A stretch of DNA of 63,112 nt, counting the filler, from Dirinaria sp. TL-2023a (Eukaryota), in assembly GCA_051941275.1 (NCBI GenBank). It is 11 parts of 11 records of this genome, joined end to end, with 100 filler letters (N's around TTAATTAATTAA, not from the genome) between each part and the next. Parts side by side here need not be neighbours in the genome. Positions count along the whole stretch, not along the records: positions 34,581 to 40,215 come from JAVEBF010001617.1; positions 40,316 to 45,946 come from JAVEBF010001618.1; positions 46,047 to 51,671 come from JAVEBF010001619.1; 8 more parts are not named here. One strand, written 5' to 3'. Of the stretch, positions 38,872 to 50,115 are shown in pieces; within the stretch, counting starts at the first letter, position 1, and every line of letters begins with the position of its first letter. The position numbers and the translations under genes are program-made. Below the pieces are notes generated by a model. The model saw only the letters and a list, made by a program, of their open reading frames with translations. It did no database searches and had not been told where the DNA came from.

Positions 38872-39852
38872 ATGTCTAGATCAGTGATGGATATCACCCA
38901 TCCTTCGTTGGACGATGACCAGGTCAACCTTCGGAAAACCTATCAGAAAGGCCGAAAAAAGCAATGGTCTCGATGGACTTCGTTGCTGTTCAGATCGGAT
39001 AAACACATGAAAACGCGTTCGGATGGCGAGAAGCGGTTCGCTGCCCAGCACGCCGAATCGAAGACTCCTCGAAATAGGTCCAGAGAGGGTTTGGACGAGG
39101 CGCCTGTTAGCCAAGGTTGCCTTTTGTATGAAAAATTGCCTCTGGAACTACGGCAGGAGATCTTTGCCTACGTGCTCGGGAGAGACATGTTTCGCCTGAT
39201 CAGTGTCCCCTGGAAAGTCACTACAGCCGCAGACATCTTTGGCAATGTTTCAATGACGCAGGCTCACTTTCACTCCAAGCCGGCCCAATCCAAACCCCCT
39301 CGAGGTATAGCACTGCTTCAGACAAGCCGTCAAGTCTACAACGAGTCCGTGGATCTTCTGTATTCCACCAACACTTTTGTCATCCACGACTTTACCACCA
39401 TGACCACCTTTGCGAAAAGCATTCCGGCTCGCCACTTCCACGCCATCCGAAGTTTGAGGATCTGCTACAGCCCCGTGACGAGCGTTCCGTACAAGCATCC
39501 ACGGACCGCGCAGTATGACTTGCCCACGGGGGAAGGCTGGGATGAGTTCTGGGAAATGATCGCTGGCATGAAGAGCTTGCGCGACTTGGATGTGCACTTG
39601 GAGAGGTATCACGAGCTTCTACCCGAAGATCCGGAGCTGAGAGCGTTTACGGAGTACACGACTTTGTGGCCGCTGCAGAGATTGAGAGGTCTCAGATCTT
39701 TCCAATTGTTCTTCGCATATCTTCACATCAACCCGTCTTACACACATGAAGCCGTCTACGCGCCGGAATTCAGGCGCGCATTATTCGCCTCGGTTAGGAA
39801 GCCAAGGACACCAATCGAGGACGCTAGAAAAAACGATGGAGCAAGTGCTTAG
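38872..39852 (+). CDS. Fungal F-box-like (DUF7730-type) protein
   Basis: LYEKLPLELRQEIFAYVLG and ALLQTSRQVYNESVDLLYSTNTF, followed by LxxL repeats. First ATG at 38872. Confidence 0.75.
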   Translation: MSRSVMDITHPSLDDDQVNLRKTYQKGRKKQWSRWTSLLFRSDKHMKTRSDGEKRFAAQHAESKTPRNRSREGLDEAPVSQGCLLYEKLPLELRQEIFAYVLGRDMFRLISVPWKVTTAADIFGNVSMTQAHFHSKPAQSKPPRGIALLQTSRQVYNESVDLLYSTNTFVIHDFTTMTTFAKSIPARHFHAIRSLRICYSPVTSVPYKHPRTAQYDLPTGEGWDEFWEMIAGMKSLRDLDVHLERYHELLPEDPELRAFTEYTTLWPLQRLRGLRSFQLFFAYLHINPSYTHEAVYAPEFRRALFASVRKPRTPIEDARKNDGASA

Positions 39853-40037
39853 GGAGTAAGAACAAAGGGTTTGTTCGCCAGGACGGCGATGCTGGCTTAT
39901 AACGCATTGTTTCCTCGGGAACCAACAAACAAAGCTATTCTCTTGAGCGGTCGGCGAAAAGAGATGCGGTAAATCATTGATAAGTTGCAACGAAAGATCA
40001 AACTCTCAGTCTCTTAGCGCACCTTAATCAGAAAAAC

Positions 40038-40215
40038 ATGTCTTCCCACTTCCCCACGGTCGATTTCTCCGACGTCCCCAAAAAGCACCAGAAATGCCCC
40101 GTCTGCGCATGCGAATACTACCCTCTCGCCGGTACATTCGAGAAACCGGTTCAGCTCCCGTGCAAGCACGTCGTGGGGAGCGATTGCCTTAGCAAGTTGC
40201 TGGCCATGGGGAATA
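40038..40215 (+). CDS. RING-finger protein, 5' fragment
   Basis: CPVC...PVQLPCKHVVGSDCL gives the RING C-x2-C...C-x-H...C pattern, truncated by the contig end. Confidence 0.7.
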
Positions 40216-40315
40216 NNNNNNNNNNNNNNNNNNNNNNNNNNNNNNNNNNNNNNNNNNNNTTAATTAATTAANNNNNNNNNNNNNNNNNNNNNNNNNNNNN
40301 NNNNNNNNNNNNNNN
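40216..40315. other. Artificial contig spacer
   Basis: N44-TTAATTAATTAA-N44. Confidence 0.98.
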
Positions 40316-40500
40316 CCGTTGGAGCGTGGAAATCGCTCGACGACGTCATTTCGTAGGTACATAATATAAGATACGCTTAAACCCATGAAGCTTAGTATTG
40401 AATCCTCAATCCCAAATATCAATGCTTTTGTGGTATATCATATAGCCATCACTCGTATCTAAAATATATACTTTGTATACAACTTCCCCCTTCCCTCTCA

Positions 40501-42025
40501 TCATCTTCCGCTAGGCGCCATCTCCTGCTGCCCTTTCGTCCCCACGACCTGCTCACCCGCAAAAACCACTTCCATCGCGTCCCCTAAGATACGCAAACCC
40601 TCTTCAATCTCCTCCTCACTGATCACCAACGGCGGCACAAATCTCAGCGTATTGGTCCCGCACGTAATAATCAAAAGCCCCCTCTCCCTCGCAGCCGTCA
40701 CAATCGGGGTTGGATCGCGATCCAACTGCAACCCCAATATCAATCCCCTGCCTCTGATTTCCGTGATACGATCCGGGAAGCGTCGTTTGAGTGTCTCAAA
40801 TCCTTCCCGGAAGACACGCTCTTTGGCCAACACGCCCGCTTGCAGGGAGGGTTCGGAGAGCCGCGAGAGGACGTGGTGAGCTAAGCGGCATGCGAGCGGG
40901 TTGCCGCCGAAGGTCGTGCCGTGATCCCCCGTGACGACGCAGCGGGCGACTTCTTCGCTGGCTATGGTCGCGCCGATGGGGAACCCGTTGCCGAGCGCTT
41001 TCGCCGTGGTCAGGATGTCTGGGTGTGCGGATCTCGGCAGCGAGGCGTGCGACCAGAGCGTCCCTGTGCGGGAAAGGCCGCATTGGATCTCGTCGTACAC
41101 GAGCACGGCGCCCACTTCGTTGCAGCGGTCGCGGAGTGCTTGGAGGAAGGACGCGGAGGCGACATTGACGCCGCCTTCGCCTTGGATTGGCTCGATAAGC
41201 ACGCCGCAGGTGTTGGGCGTGATGAGCGACGGGATGCTGGCTATGTCGTTGTAGGTGCCGTATTTGAAGCCGGGAATCATGGGCGAGAACGGTTTCTGGT
41301 ATTTGGGGTTCGGGGTCGCGGATAATGCTCCCATGGTGCGTCCATGGAAAGAGCCCTGGAAGGACACAATCTCGTGCTGGGAGCCATCCGGGGTGCTTGT
41401 TCGGCCTACTTTTCTACAGAATTTGATGGCGGCTTCGTTGGCTTCGCTGCCGGAGTTGCAGATGAAGGTTTTTGATGCGCCGGCCATTGCGCCTGCTTCG
41501 AGGGTTTTTTGAACGAGGAGCTGGGAGAGGGCGCCGATCCAAGGGTTATGGTAGAGGTTGGAGGTGTGCACGAGAGTCTGCGATTGCTGGTAGAGCAGTC
41601 TCGACATTTCGGGATCGCAGTGGCCGAGCGCGTTGACCGCTATCCCGGCCGTGAAGTCGAGATAGCGGCGATTTTCAATGTCCCACAGGTAACAGCCTTC
41701 GCCTTTAGCCATGACGGGCGGAGGGCGCACGTAGGTTGCTACCATATACGGAGCATAATCGCTTGTCATGCGAGCAGTGGAGGAGTCGGGTGGAGGGTCT
41801 GGATTGGGAAGGGAGGCTTCTTTCTGGTTATCCATTAGTAAGTGTCTCGCATCTATGCAGAGAATTGCTCACAGGAATGTCATTTGAGATATGTGTGGGT
41901 TCAGAAGAAGTGGGTACTACAACAGCGGAGGCACTGCGTGCCCAAATGGGGCTGCCTCTGGCCGAACTGCGGGCAAGACATCTAAGACAGGTACGCGCTG
42001 ATCTAGTCGTCGTACTCAGAGCCAT
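40501..42025 (-). CDS. ARG8: Mitochondrial acetylornithine aminotransferase
   Basis: Motifs YLDFTAGIAVNALGH, NSGSEANE, SFHGRT, EPIQGEGG, DEIQCGLSRTG, AKALGNG (PLP lysine) and HGTTFGGNP. Presequence exon from ATG 42025 and one intron. Confidence 0.95.
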
Positions 42026-42091
42026 TGTAGGGACCAAAGTAGACGCTGTGCTACCAAGTGCTATTGCTTGGTAGATGAGTTGTGGAAGTCT

Positions 42092-42098
42092 TGAGTCA
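42092..42098 (-). promoter_or_regulatory. Gcn4/CpcA element TGACTCA upstream of ARG8
   Basis: TGAGTCA on the + strand, about 67 bp upstream of the ARG8 ATG. Confidence 0.6.
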
Positions 42099-42266
42099 TA
42101 GGGCTGAAAATATGGGGAAAATTCTTATCGATAAACGTTAGGGCGCCTCAGGCGCGAACGCCGATTGTTTGCATTATTATTGCATTTAACAAGAACCGAT
42201 CCTCAATCCCACGATTTTCCTGGGCAAGTACATAATTTCCTGCAGCTAATCCAGTACACCATCGCT

Positions 42267-42800
42267 ATGCGTCCCATTCTACGCTGCATCCACTACTCCC
42301 AACCCTCTCGCCGCAGCATCTCTACAACCCTCCGCGTACTTGCCACCTCACCATTCTCCGGTCCTGCCCCTCCACGCCTGCCAAAGGAGGAACAAGACCT
42401 CTATGAACACCTTCAACGCTCCTCTACAGGCGCATTTAGTACTCCAAAGCCTAGCGTTGTTGTCAATCAATCGCCCGCCAATTTACCTCAACAACAACGC
42501 CCGCAAATAAGCCAATCACCTCATACTACACCTGGCCCCGAAGATTCAATACGGAATGATGTGGAAGAGATCGAACAAAGCGCGAAAGGGATGGAGAGGC
42601 TGATAGAGGAAGTAGATGCGAGAGTACAAGCAACGGGCGAAGGGGAAGAACTACATCCCGATGTGAGGAGAGGGGCAAGACCGGAGTTTGAGGGTGACAG
42701 GAATCCAAAAACAGGAGAGACCGGAGGGCCGAAGAATGAACCTTTGAGGTGGGGCGGAGGCGTAGATTGGAGTTATAATGGGCGAGTGACAGATTTTTGA
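42267..42800 (+). CDS. SDH8: Succinate dehydrogenase assembly factor 4 (DUF1674)
   Basis: PAPPRLPKEEQ and the C-terminus NPKTGETGGPKNEPLRWG...DWSYNGRVTDF. Presequence starts at ATG 42267. Confidence 0.92.
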   Translation: MRPILRCIHYSQPSRRSISTTLRVLATSPFSGPAPPRLPKEEQDLYEHLQRSSTGAFSTPKPSVVVNQSPANLPQQQRPQISQSPHTTPGPEDSIRNDVEEIEQSAKGMERLIEEVDARVQATGEGEELHPDVRRGARPEFEGDRNPKTGETGGPKNEPLRWGGGVDWSYNGRVTDF

Positions 42801-43062
42801 ACACTAGCGTTGTGATCCAATAAGATTTTATAGCGATCAGGCACTTCCATCATTGCTACACGTCGAAATGCAGTACGTATGATGCCTTCGTTGCCGTTTT
42901 GCAGAGTACGCCGAGAGCCCAGCCTGACCTGCGATCGGCGAACGCGGAATCCAATGCTATGTTTCCAATGGTTCTCATCCAAGAGCATTTTCGGCATGAA
43001 GGGATCTCAAGTGTCGGTGCGGAAGATCATTATTCCGCAAGTGGCGATAATCTTATGAACAA

Positions 43063-43068
43063 TGACTC
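43063..43068 (+). promoter_or_regulatory. Near-consensus Gcn4/CpcA site (TGACTC) upstream of TRP5
   Basis: ATGACTCG about 65 bp upstream of the TRP5 ATG. Confidence 0.4.
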
Positions 43069-43132
43069 GAAATTCTTACAAAGTTGTTAAAAGCCAATTG
43101 ACCTAGAAATTTTAGAAGAAATATCTCAAATC

Positions 43133-45418
43133 ATGAACCACATCAAGGAAACATTTGCGCAATGCAAAGAAGAAAGGCGTCCGGTCTTGGTGACATATGT
43201 CACTGCTGGTTATCCTATGCCCGATGACACCGTTGATGTATTGCTCGGCATGGAAGCTGGCGGGGCTGGTAGAGTAGCAATTTTCGCCAATTGGCCGTGG
43301 ACCTTACTGACAATCCATAGACATTATTGAACTCGGTCTTCCCTTTAGTGATCCAATCGCAGACGGCCCAACCATACAAAAGGCGAATACTCAGGCATTG
43401 AAGAATGGAGTCACTGTCACCTCAACTCTAGAGATAGTGAGGCAGGCGAGAAAACGGGGTCTTGAAGCACCAGTACTCTTCATGGGCTACTATAATCCAC
43501 TGCTAAGCTATGGCGAGGAAAGAATACTTAAGGACGCCAAAAAGGCTGGTGTCAATGGCTTCATTATGGTTGATCTACCGCCGGAAGAAGCTGTACGATT
43601 CAGGGACTTCTGTACGAGCGGGGGACTATCGTACGTTCCACTAATAGCGCCTGCTACATCTGAAGCGCGTATGAAGTTCCTTTGCAGTATCGCAGACTCC
43701 TTCATCTACGTCGTGTCAAGGATGGGCGTGACAGGTGTGAACGGGGCACTGAACAGCAAGCTGCCCGACCTGGTTAAGAAAGTCCACACGTACTCAAAGG
43801 GAACCCCTGCTGCAGTCGGCTTTGGAGTCAGCACAAGACAAGATTTCGTCGACGTCGGCAGCATCGCCGAAGGCGTAGTCATCGGCAGTCAGATTATAAC
43901 CACATTAGCTAATTCGCCTTTCGGTCAGGGCGCCCAAAGGGTCGAAGAATATTGCTCCGAGATTACTGGAAGAAAGGTTGGGCGCCATACAGTTACTAAC
44001 GGCGTTACACATGCAATGGATAAGGAACAACAAGAAAAAGAAGCCCAACAACCGAATGGGGACGCGTCGCATCCTACGGACGTCATTCGAGAAGGAGAGG
44101 GCGTTGATGGTCCAGGGCTTGCGGATCAGCTCGAAGCACTGAATATGACTGGTGGACAGACAGCGGTTCCATCACGCTTTGGGGAGTTTGGTGGCCAATA
44201 TGTCCCAGAATCGCTCATGGATTGTCTAGCAGAACTTGAGCGAGGCTTCAACGAAGCCAAAAGTGATCCCAAATTCTGGGAAGAGTATCGCTCGTATTAT
44301 CCCTACATGGGTCGACCTGGTCAACTTCACCAAGCCGAACGCCTGACGAAGCACGCCGGCGGAGCACGTATTTGGTTGAAACGCGAAGACCTAAATCATA
44401 CAGGCAGTCACAAGATCAACAACGCTCTCGGCCAAATACTACTTGCCAGAAGATTAGGAAAGACCCAAATCATCGCTGAGACAGGTGCTGGTCAGCATGG
44501 AGTTGCGACCGCTACCGTTTGCGCGAAGTTTGGCATGAAGTGCACTATTTACATGGGTGCGGAAGACGTCCGACGTCAAGCTCTCAATGTCTTCCGCATT
44601 AAGCTACTTGGTGCAAGTGTTGTCGCCGTCGAGGCCGGTGCTCGGACTCTGCGCGATGCTGTTAACGAAGCTTTGCGCGCCTGGGTTGTCGAGCTTTCGA
44701 CGACTCATTATATCATAGGCTCTGCTATCGGTCCCCATCCCTTCCCCACCATTGTCCGAACTTTTCAGTCAGTCATTGGAAATGAGACAAAAGAGCAAAT
44801 GCAGAGAATCAAAGGCAAGCTCCCTGATGCAGTCGTGGCGTGTGTAGGCGGAGGCAGTAATGCTGTAGGGATGTTTTATCCTTTTGCGCAAGACAAAAGC
44901 GTGCGGCTACTAGGGGTTGAAGCCGGTGGGGATGGCCTTGACACTGAGCGGCATTCTGCTACTCTAACGGGCGGTAGCAAGGGTGTACTACACGGGGTCA
45001 GGACGTACGTGTTGCAGAACGAGCATGGACAAATTTCAGAGACCCATTCTGTATCCGCAGGCTTGGATTATCCCGGCGTAGGCCCAGAACTAAGCTCCTG
45101 GAAGGACAACGAGAGAGCAAGGTTCATTGCTGCTACCGATGCGCAAGCATTCGAGGGGTTTCGACTGATTAGTGAGCTCGAGGGTATCATTCCGGCTTTA
45201 GAGACTGCGCATGCTATCTGGGGCGCCGTGGAGTTGGCCAAGAGTATGAAGGAAGAGGAGGATGTCGTGATATGCCTGAGCGGTAGAGGAGACAAAGACG
45301 TGCAAAGCGTAGCTGATGAGCTGCCGAAAATCGGGCCACAAATTGGTTGGGATTTGAGATGTAGGTGCCACTTCGAAATCTAAATCCTAGGCCGTAGCTA
45401 ACGGGGCAAACAGTTTAA
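43133..45418 (+). CDS. TRP5: Fused tryptophan synthase (alpha + beta)
   Basis: Alpha motifs [25 protein letters not shown] and AVGFGVST. Beta motifs [30 protein letters not shown] and [12 protein letters not shown] terminal intron at 45361-45413 gives DLRF-stop. Confidence 0.97.
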
Positions 45419-45911
45419 GTGAAATTCAGCGACGCATGAAGCGGAGTTGGCGGCTTGATGAGTAGACATGATTAGCCACTAGAGACAGCTGCGGGCATAG
45501 AATCGCGGAACATCATCGCATTATACAGGCACGTTAATTGATCTACCTAGGTCCATTTACCCTCAAAAGTCTCCCCGTTTTTTGGGCATTGGAAATTACA
45601 AAAATAAGATCCATATTCTTCTTTCTGATTACGAACACTCTCGATCGAGTGGTTGTCCAACGACCACGTCATGATGTATGGTAATGAAATCGATTTCATT
45701 GCTCCGTAGATGAGAAGCAATCGCCAAAGCAGCCTTGCTAGTGGCCCGACTTCTGTTGGAAATCTGTTCTTCTGTCCGAAACGGCGGCATCCCCAATTTC
45801 TATAAAAACTGGTACGAAGAACAATTTCAGACAAGAGGCTGTAGAACCTGTTATGACAGCAGCTTGAGAAGAAACTTTAAATTTGCAGAATATTAGAGGA
45901 GTTTTCTGCTG

Positions 45912-45944
<33 letters not shown>

Positions 45945-45946
45945 AA

Positions 45947-46046
45947 NNNNNNNNNNNNNNNNNNNNNNNNNNNNNNNNNNNNNNNNNNNNTTAATTAATT
46001 AANNNNNNNNNNNNNNNNNNNNNNNNNNNNNNNNNNNNNNNNNNNN
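45947..46046. other. Artificial contig spacer
   Basis: N44-TTAATTAATTAA-N44, preceded by a poly(A) tract. Confidence 0.98.
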
Positions 46047-46441
46047 CCCCCATCCGCCTCTCCCCTTTCAAACACCGCTCTTGCAATCGCCTCTCTGATG
46101 AACGTCTCCATGTATTTCCCCACCAGCGTATCCGCGTCTTGCCCAATCCCGACATCTTTGTCCTTGAGATGGTGATGTAACAGTCTAGTCAGGAGTTTGG
46201 GCGGGATTGTAGGCGGCAACTCTTGTGTGCTTATTATATGGGAGTTCGACAGAGATTGGTGCTTGGTGGAAGGCATGGGCTCGTCTGACGATGGCTCCGA
46301 GTCTGACGAGATCGTGGATGGACCAGGAGCGGGGGCTTTTTGCCGGGCTCTTGCATTCGTGGTCATGTGTTTGGACGAGGGACGGGGTGGTTTGAAGGGT
46401 GGCGGCTTGCGTTTGGGAATGGGATCAGAGGAGGCAGGCAT
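46047..46441 (-). CDS. MHF2: CENP-X/MHF2 histone-fold protein, 3' partial
   Basis: PPFKPPRP near the N-terminus, then PTIPPKLLTRLLHHHL...DADTLVGKYMETFIREAIARA. Confidence 0.82.
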
Positions 46442-46530
46442 ACTGCATAGGCTTTTGAGGGGTTCGAACGAGGCGCTGACACTGGAATCTTGTCTCTAAG
46501 AAAAAGCAAACAAGTAGTGGGAAGCTTGGG

Positions 46531-46554
46531 ACGCGTGGGGACGCGCAGAACGCG
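46531..46554. promoter_or_regulatory. Three ACGCG (MCB-like) boxes upstream of MHF2
   Basis: ACGCGT at 46531, ACGCG at 46541 and 46550, about 10 bp apart and 90-113 bp upstream of the ATG. Confidence 0.55.
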
Positions 46555-47391
46555 CCAAGGCGCACAACTACGACATAAGGTACATTATTAAGGTAGGAAC
46601 TTCATGGTATCATCGCTTTAGCATGCTGCACTATTAAGGTACTTCTCCTATTCTCCAAACCCCTCCCCTTCTGCCCAATCAGAAATGAGAAATGCGAGCA
46701 TTTGTCCCGGGCCAGCTGCTTCAGCCATATCAAATTGAACCTACACTTGGCCTACAAGATTGCCGATGTATGAGAAAGTCCTTGCAGAGACCGTCATTCG
46801 ATCTTGCAGGCATGAAATGAATTGAATTTTGTCTTCGAGCAGGTCTTTTGTTTCATTGCCATTATCACCTCTCCTCCTCCATCCCTACGTAACCCGAAAG
46901 AAAAGAAGCTAAGAAGACCGCATGAGTTCACTCGCTGATACCTGCCCCCCCCCCCCCAGATACTGGCGACACCTGAAAGGACGAAGAGATGGCTGAAACC
47001 CCCGATCAATGCCAGTGTAAACCCTTGAACGCTTGGATTGAGAAATATGCAGGCGTCCGTTCCTTTTCGGTGATTTGAATGGTGGGAAGGTAGAAGTAGG
47101 AGCGTGGGAAGTAGTATCGCAAGGACATAGACCAGCTCAATCCTTACGAACAAGGCTGAGATGCTCTTTGCTGATGTTTTTGTTGTTGTGGTGGTGGTGG
47201 ATGCGGTTGGGGCGTGGACGGCGTTGACATTATTCATTACGTAGTTGGATATGGTATGCTTATTTCATGTACATTTTGTCCGACCGAGTACTCGAACGGG
47301 CAGTACTCATAGTCTTTGTGACAACGGACGGTCAAAGCCTTGGTGTGTGGCGGCATGACAATTGAGTAGGGACGACGGTGGCCTCGAACCG

Positions 47392-50115
47392 TCAGAAAAA
47401 ATGAGTGTAGACTTTCGATTGCTCGTGAACCTCCATTTCCTAGACTATGTCAGCTTCTGGCACTGGTCATACAGAGAAAGACGCGTACCATTTTAAATGT
47501 GTTGAGCTCTTCCTTTATTTGCTGAGCAAGCATGGGGGTCAAGCGGTTGCAGGTGGCAATCTCACCCCTCCTGTCATATTCGCCGCTCGGCCAGGTATCA
47601 TGGAACTGAATCCTAGGGCTGAAGCTGATGTTACGAGCCGCGGCAAGGCTTCGTGGTGTTCCAGGGACGCTTCTCGATTCCCCATCTGCGAAACGGCCAA
47701 GAGCAAGAAAGTAGTCCTCCCCTTCAATGGTGACAGAATCCGTTCGACGGTGTCCTAGTCGAGGTGGCTGGTCCTCGTTAAGCGTGCTGGAGGAATTGGA
47801 GTGAGGAGATTCGTTGAATCTTGGGGCTGCTGCGAGTATAGGTTCATTACCTCGCGAGTCGACTGGTCGAATGCTTGGAGATGAATTTCCTGAATCTGTG
47901 CCAGTGCCTGTCCCACATGAGCCACTGTCCAGTAGCAGAACAGCCCTTGACTTACGTTTCAAGATACCCTTCTTCACCGCTGCGAGGATCTCTGCACGCT
48001 CTGTTTCTCCGCCAACGATGCTACGTCTTGGTGCAAGGTCCTCATTGCGCATGGCATTCGTGGGTTCATTGCCCAGGCTTGCGGCGTCCATAGAGTTCCT
48101 CTCCAGTTTTGGGAACCCTGTTCCCCCTCCGGCTTGCTCATGTGGATTAGCATTAACATTGACCTTCTCTCGTTCGGCTTCCACTGTGACCATGGAAACT
48201 TGGGCAACACTCGGCTCTGGGGCTCCCGCATCTGCCGCTGGCACGCCAACTACAGACTTGGGTCGGAACAATCCGACCAGCGAGCGAGAGCCTTTCTTCA
48301 CGCCTTTCCCCATTTTCCGAATCATTACAGACGCCGAGGACGCCGTAGAAGAAATAGAAAGATTATCCGTGGACCCGGTGTAGAACTGGCCTTGCCCTGA
48401 ATATATGCCTTCCCCAAGTCCTCCGGCTTCTTGCTTCTGAGCGATAGCGGCTTGTTCAGCTTCATGCTCGTCAGCATAACGGTCCTTTCTCAATTTGGCC
48501 CGTTCGGACGAAGCATTGTTCTCAGCGGACACCTTGCGGAGCTCTGCAGCGCTACCAAACGAAAATGCTCGTCGCAGCCGTGACGACTTGCCCTCCTTCT
48601 TGCCTTCTTTCTTGTTCAGGCCTGCCAGGCTCTGAGCAGCCGGACTCTCCGAGGGCGCAGCTTGCAACGTAGGCGTGTGTACTGGAGCGGTGGGTTTTTG
48701 TTGGATGGCAGCTGCAAATCCCTCCTTCGTGGCGGGTGTTTGAGGGCTCAAAGGCATTGGTTGAGAAAGAGGCGAGGGGTTTGTTATGCGTTTGTTCGCT
48801 TCTGAGGAACCACGAGGCGGGATATTCACAATCTTCACTTCATTCCTCCCGACAGAGCTGGCCTGCTGTGCTGCAGGAAGATTCGTAGCATTTGGTGCAG
48901 GAGCATCTCGCTTAGACTATGCAGAGAAACCAGCTGGTTAGCCGTTGTAATCGGATGGTCACCTGTCGGATTAGGTACTTCAATGGGAAACCCCCAGGGC
49001 TTCTGGGAAACAGGGAAAAGATTAAATAGGCATACCGATGAGGGTCTTGAGCCTGAACGGCCAGAAACAGAGCTTTCAGCGCTATGGTTTCGACCATGTG
49101 ATGATTCAGGTCGTTGTGATGCTGGGGCACGAGGCTCGTTGCGTTCTTGAGGTGCCGAGCTGGCGAACATTTGAGCATAGGATTTCGGCTGTGATGGAGC
49201 TTGCGATGGGGCATCTAAGGCTTGAGATATGCGGTCTTCTGCAGCCATACCGCTAATGCTCCGTCGGCGGTACCGCCTAGCTAATTCGGGGCTGGTTTGC
49301 TTCGGAAGACTCATGTCATCCACAGCAGATAATCTCTGCCCACTAAGACCAGCGTCACCAATCGAGTGACCTAGAAATGCTTGAGAGCCGCGAGGCGACG
49401 AGTAGGTCGACAGCGAAGGTGAGCTGCTTGAGCCAGCAGGATTGCTATACAGGTGCCCGACTGTTGCCATACCTGAGCCCGAAGGAAGAGCAGATCCGCC
49501 TTGTAATGTAACATTGGTTGTCAAGCCAGCAGCGGTTTCGGCACGACGATGATTACGTCGGTATCGATCTGGTTGGGGTTTAGTAGAAGACACAGATCCA
49601 AGATCCACTGTCGACTGTGGTCTTTGGGAGAACTGCTTCGGGGCCTGGGAGAAGATCGAAGAATCATCTTTCGAGTTTGTCTGCTGTTGCAGGGTATGGG
49701 GACTGGGGGGATCGAGCGGCGAACCACCAGGTGGCAGACGATATCGACTGAGACTATTGGGAGGATTGAGTGTTTGGTGGGTAAAAGGTACGACTGGTGC
49801 AGATGTAGTTCTATTTTCTTGGCGGAGGTGAGGAGTTGTGGGGTGTTGGCGTAGTGGGTTATTGCCTGGTGGTATCGAAGTGCCGGAGAAAGCATATGGA
49901 GCAACTGGAACTGAGGGAATCGATGGCATTCCTCGATAACTTGTTGTAGCTATCCCACCCATCGATGTATTGTACATATTTCTGTGCACCTGGGAGCCCC
50001 GCTGTTGGTGCTGCCCTGGTGTTCCATTTTGAAATGCGTCCGAGGATGAGGGACGGCTCTGTAACATGGTAATGGTCGACGATGGTGCTGGGTAGGACTG
50101 GACCAAGGCCGCCAT
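47392..50115 (-). CDS. BNI4: Bni4-like septin/PP1-targeting protein
   Basis: Long disordered region, then KGILKR, ISFSPRIQFHDTW..EYDRRGEIATCNRLTPMLAQQIKEELN and a last exon EMEVHEQSKVYTHFF-stop. Confidence 0.87.

Noticed and set aside
23081..45946. A large gene cluster spanning the transporter, Hsp70, thaumatin-like and amino-acid genes
   Set aside because: The genes lie on different contigs ordered only by length.
45547..45946. 95-aa minus-strand ORF beside a poly(A) tract as a retro-insertion or gene end
   Set aside because: TTG start, an in-frame stop shortly upstream, and no recognisable motif or target-site duplication.
46794..47237. 147-aa hydrophobic ORF downstream of BNI4
   Set aside because: Low-complexity, pyrimidine-rich 3' UTR-like sequence with no family signature.
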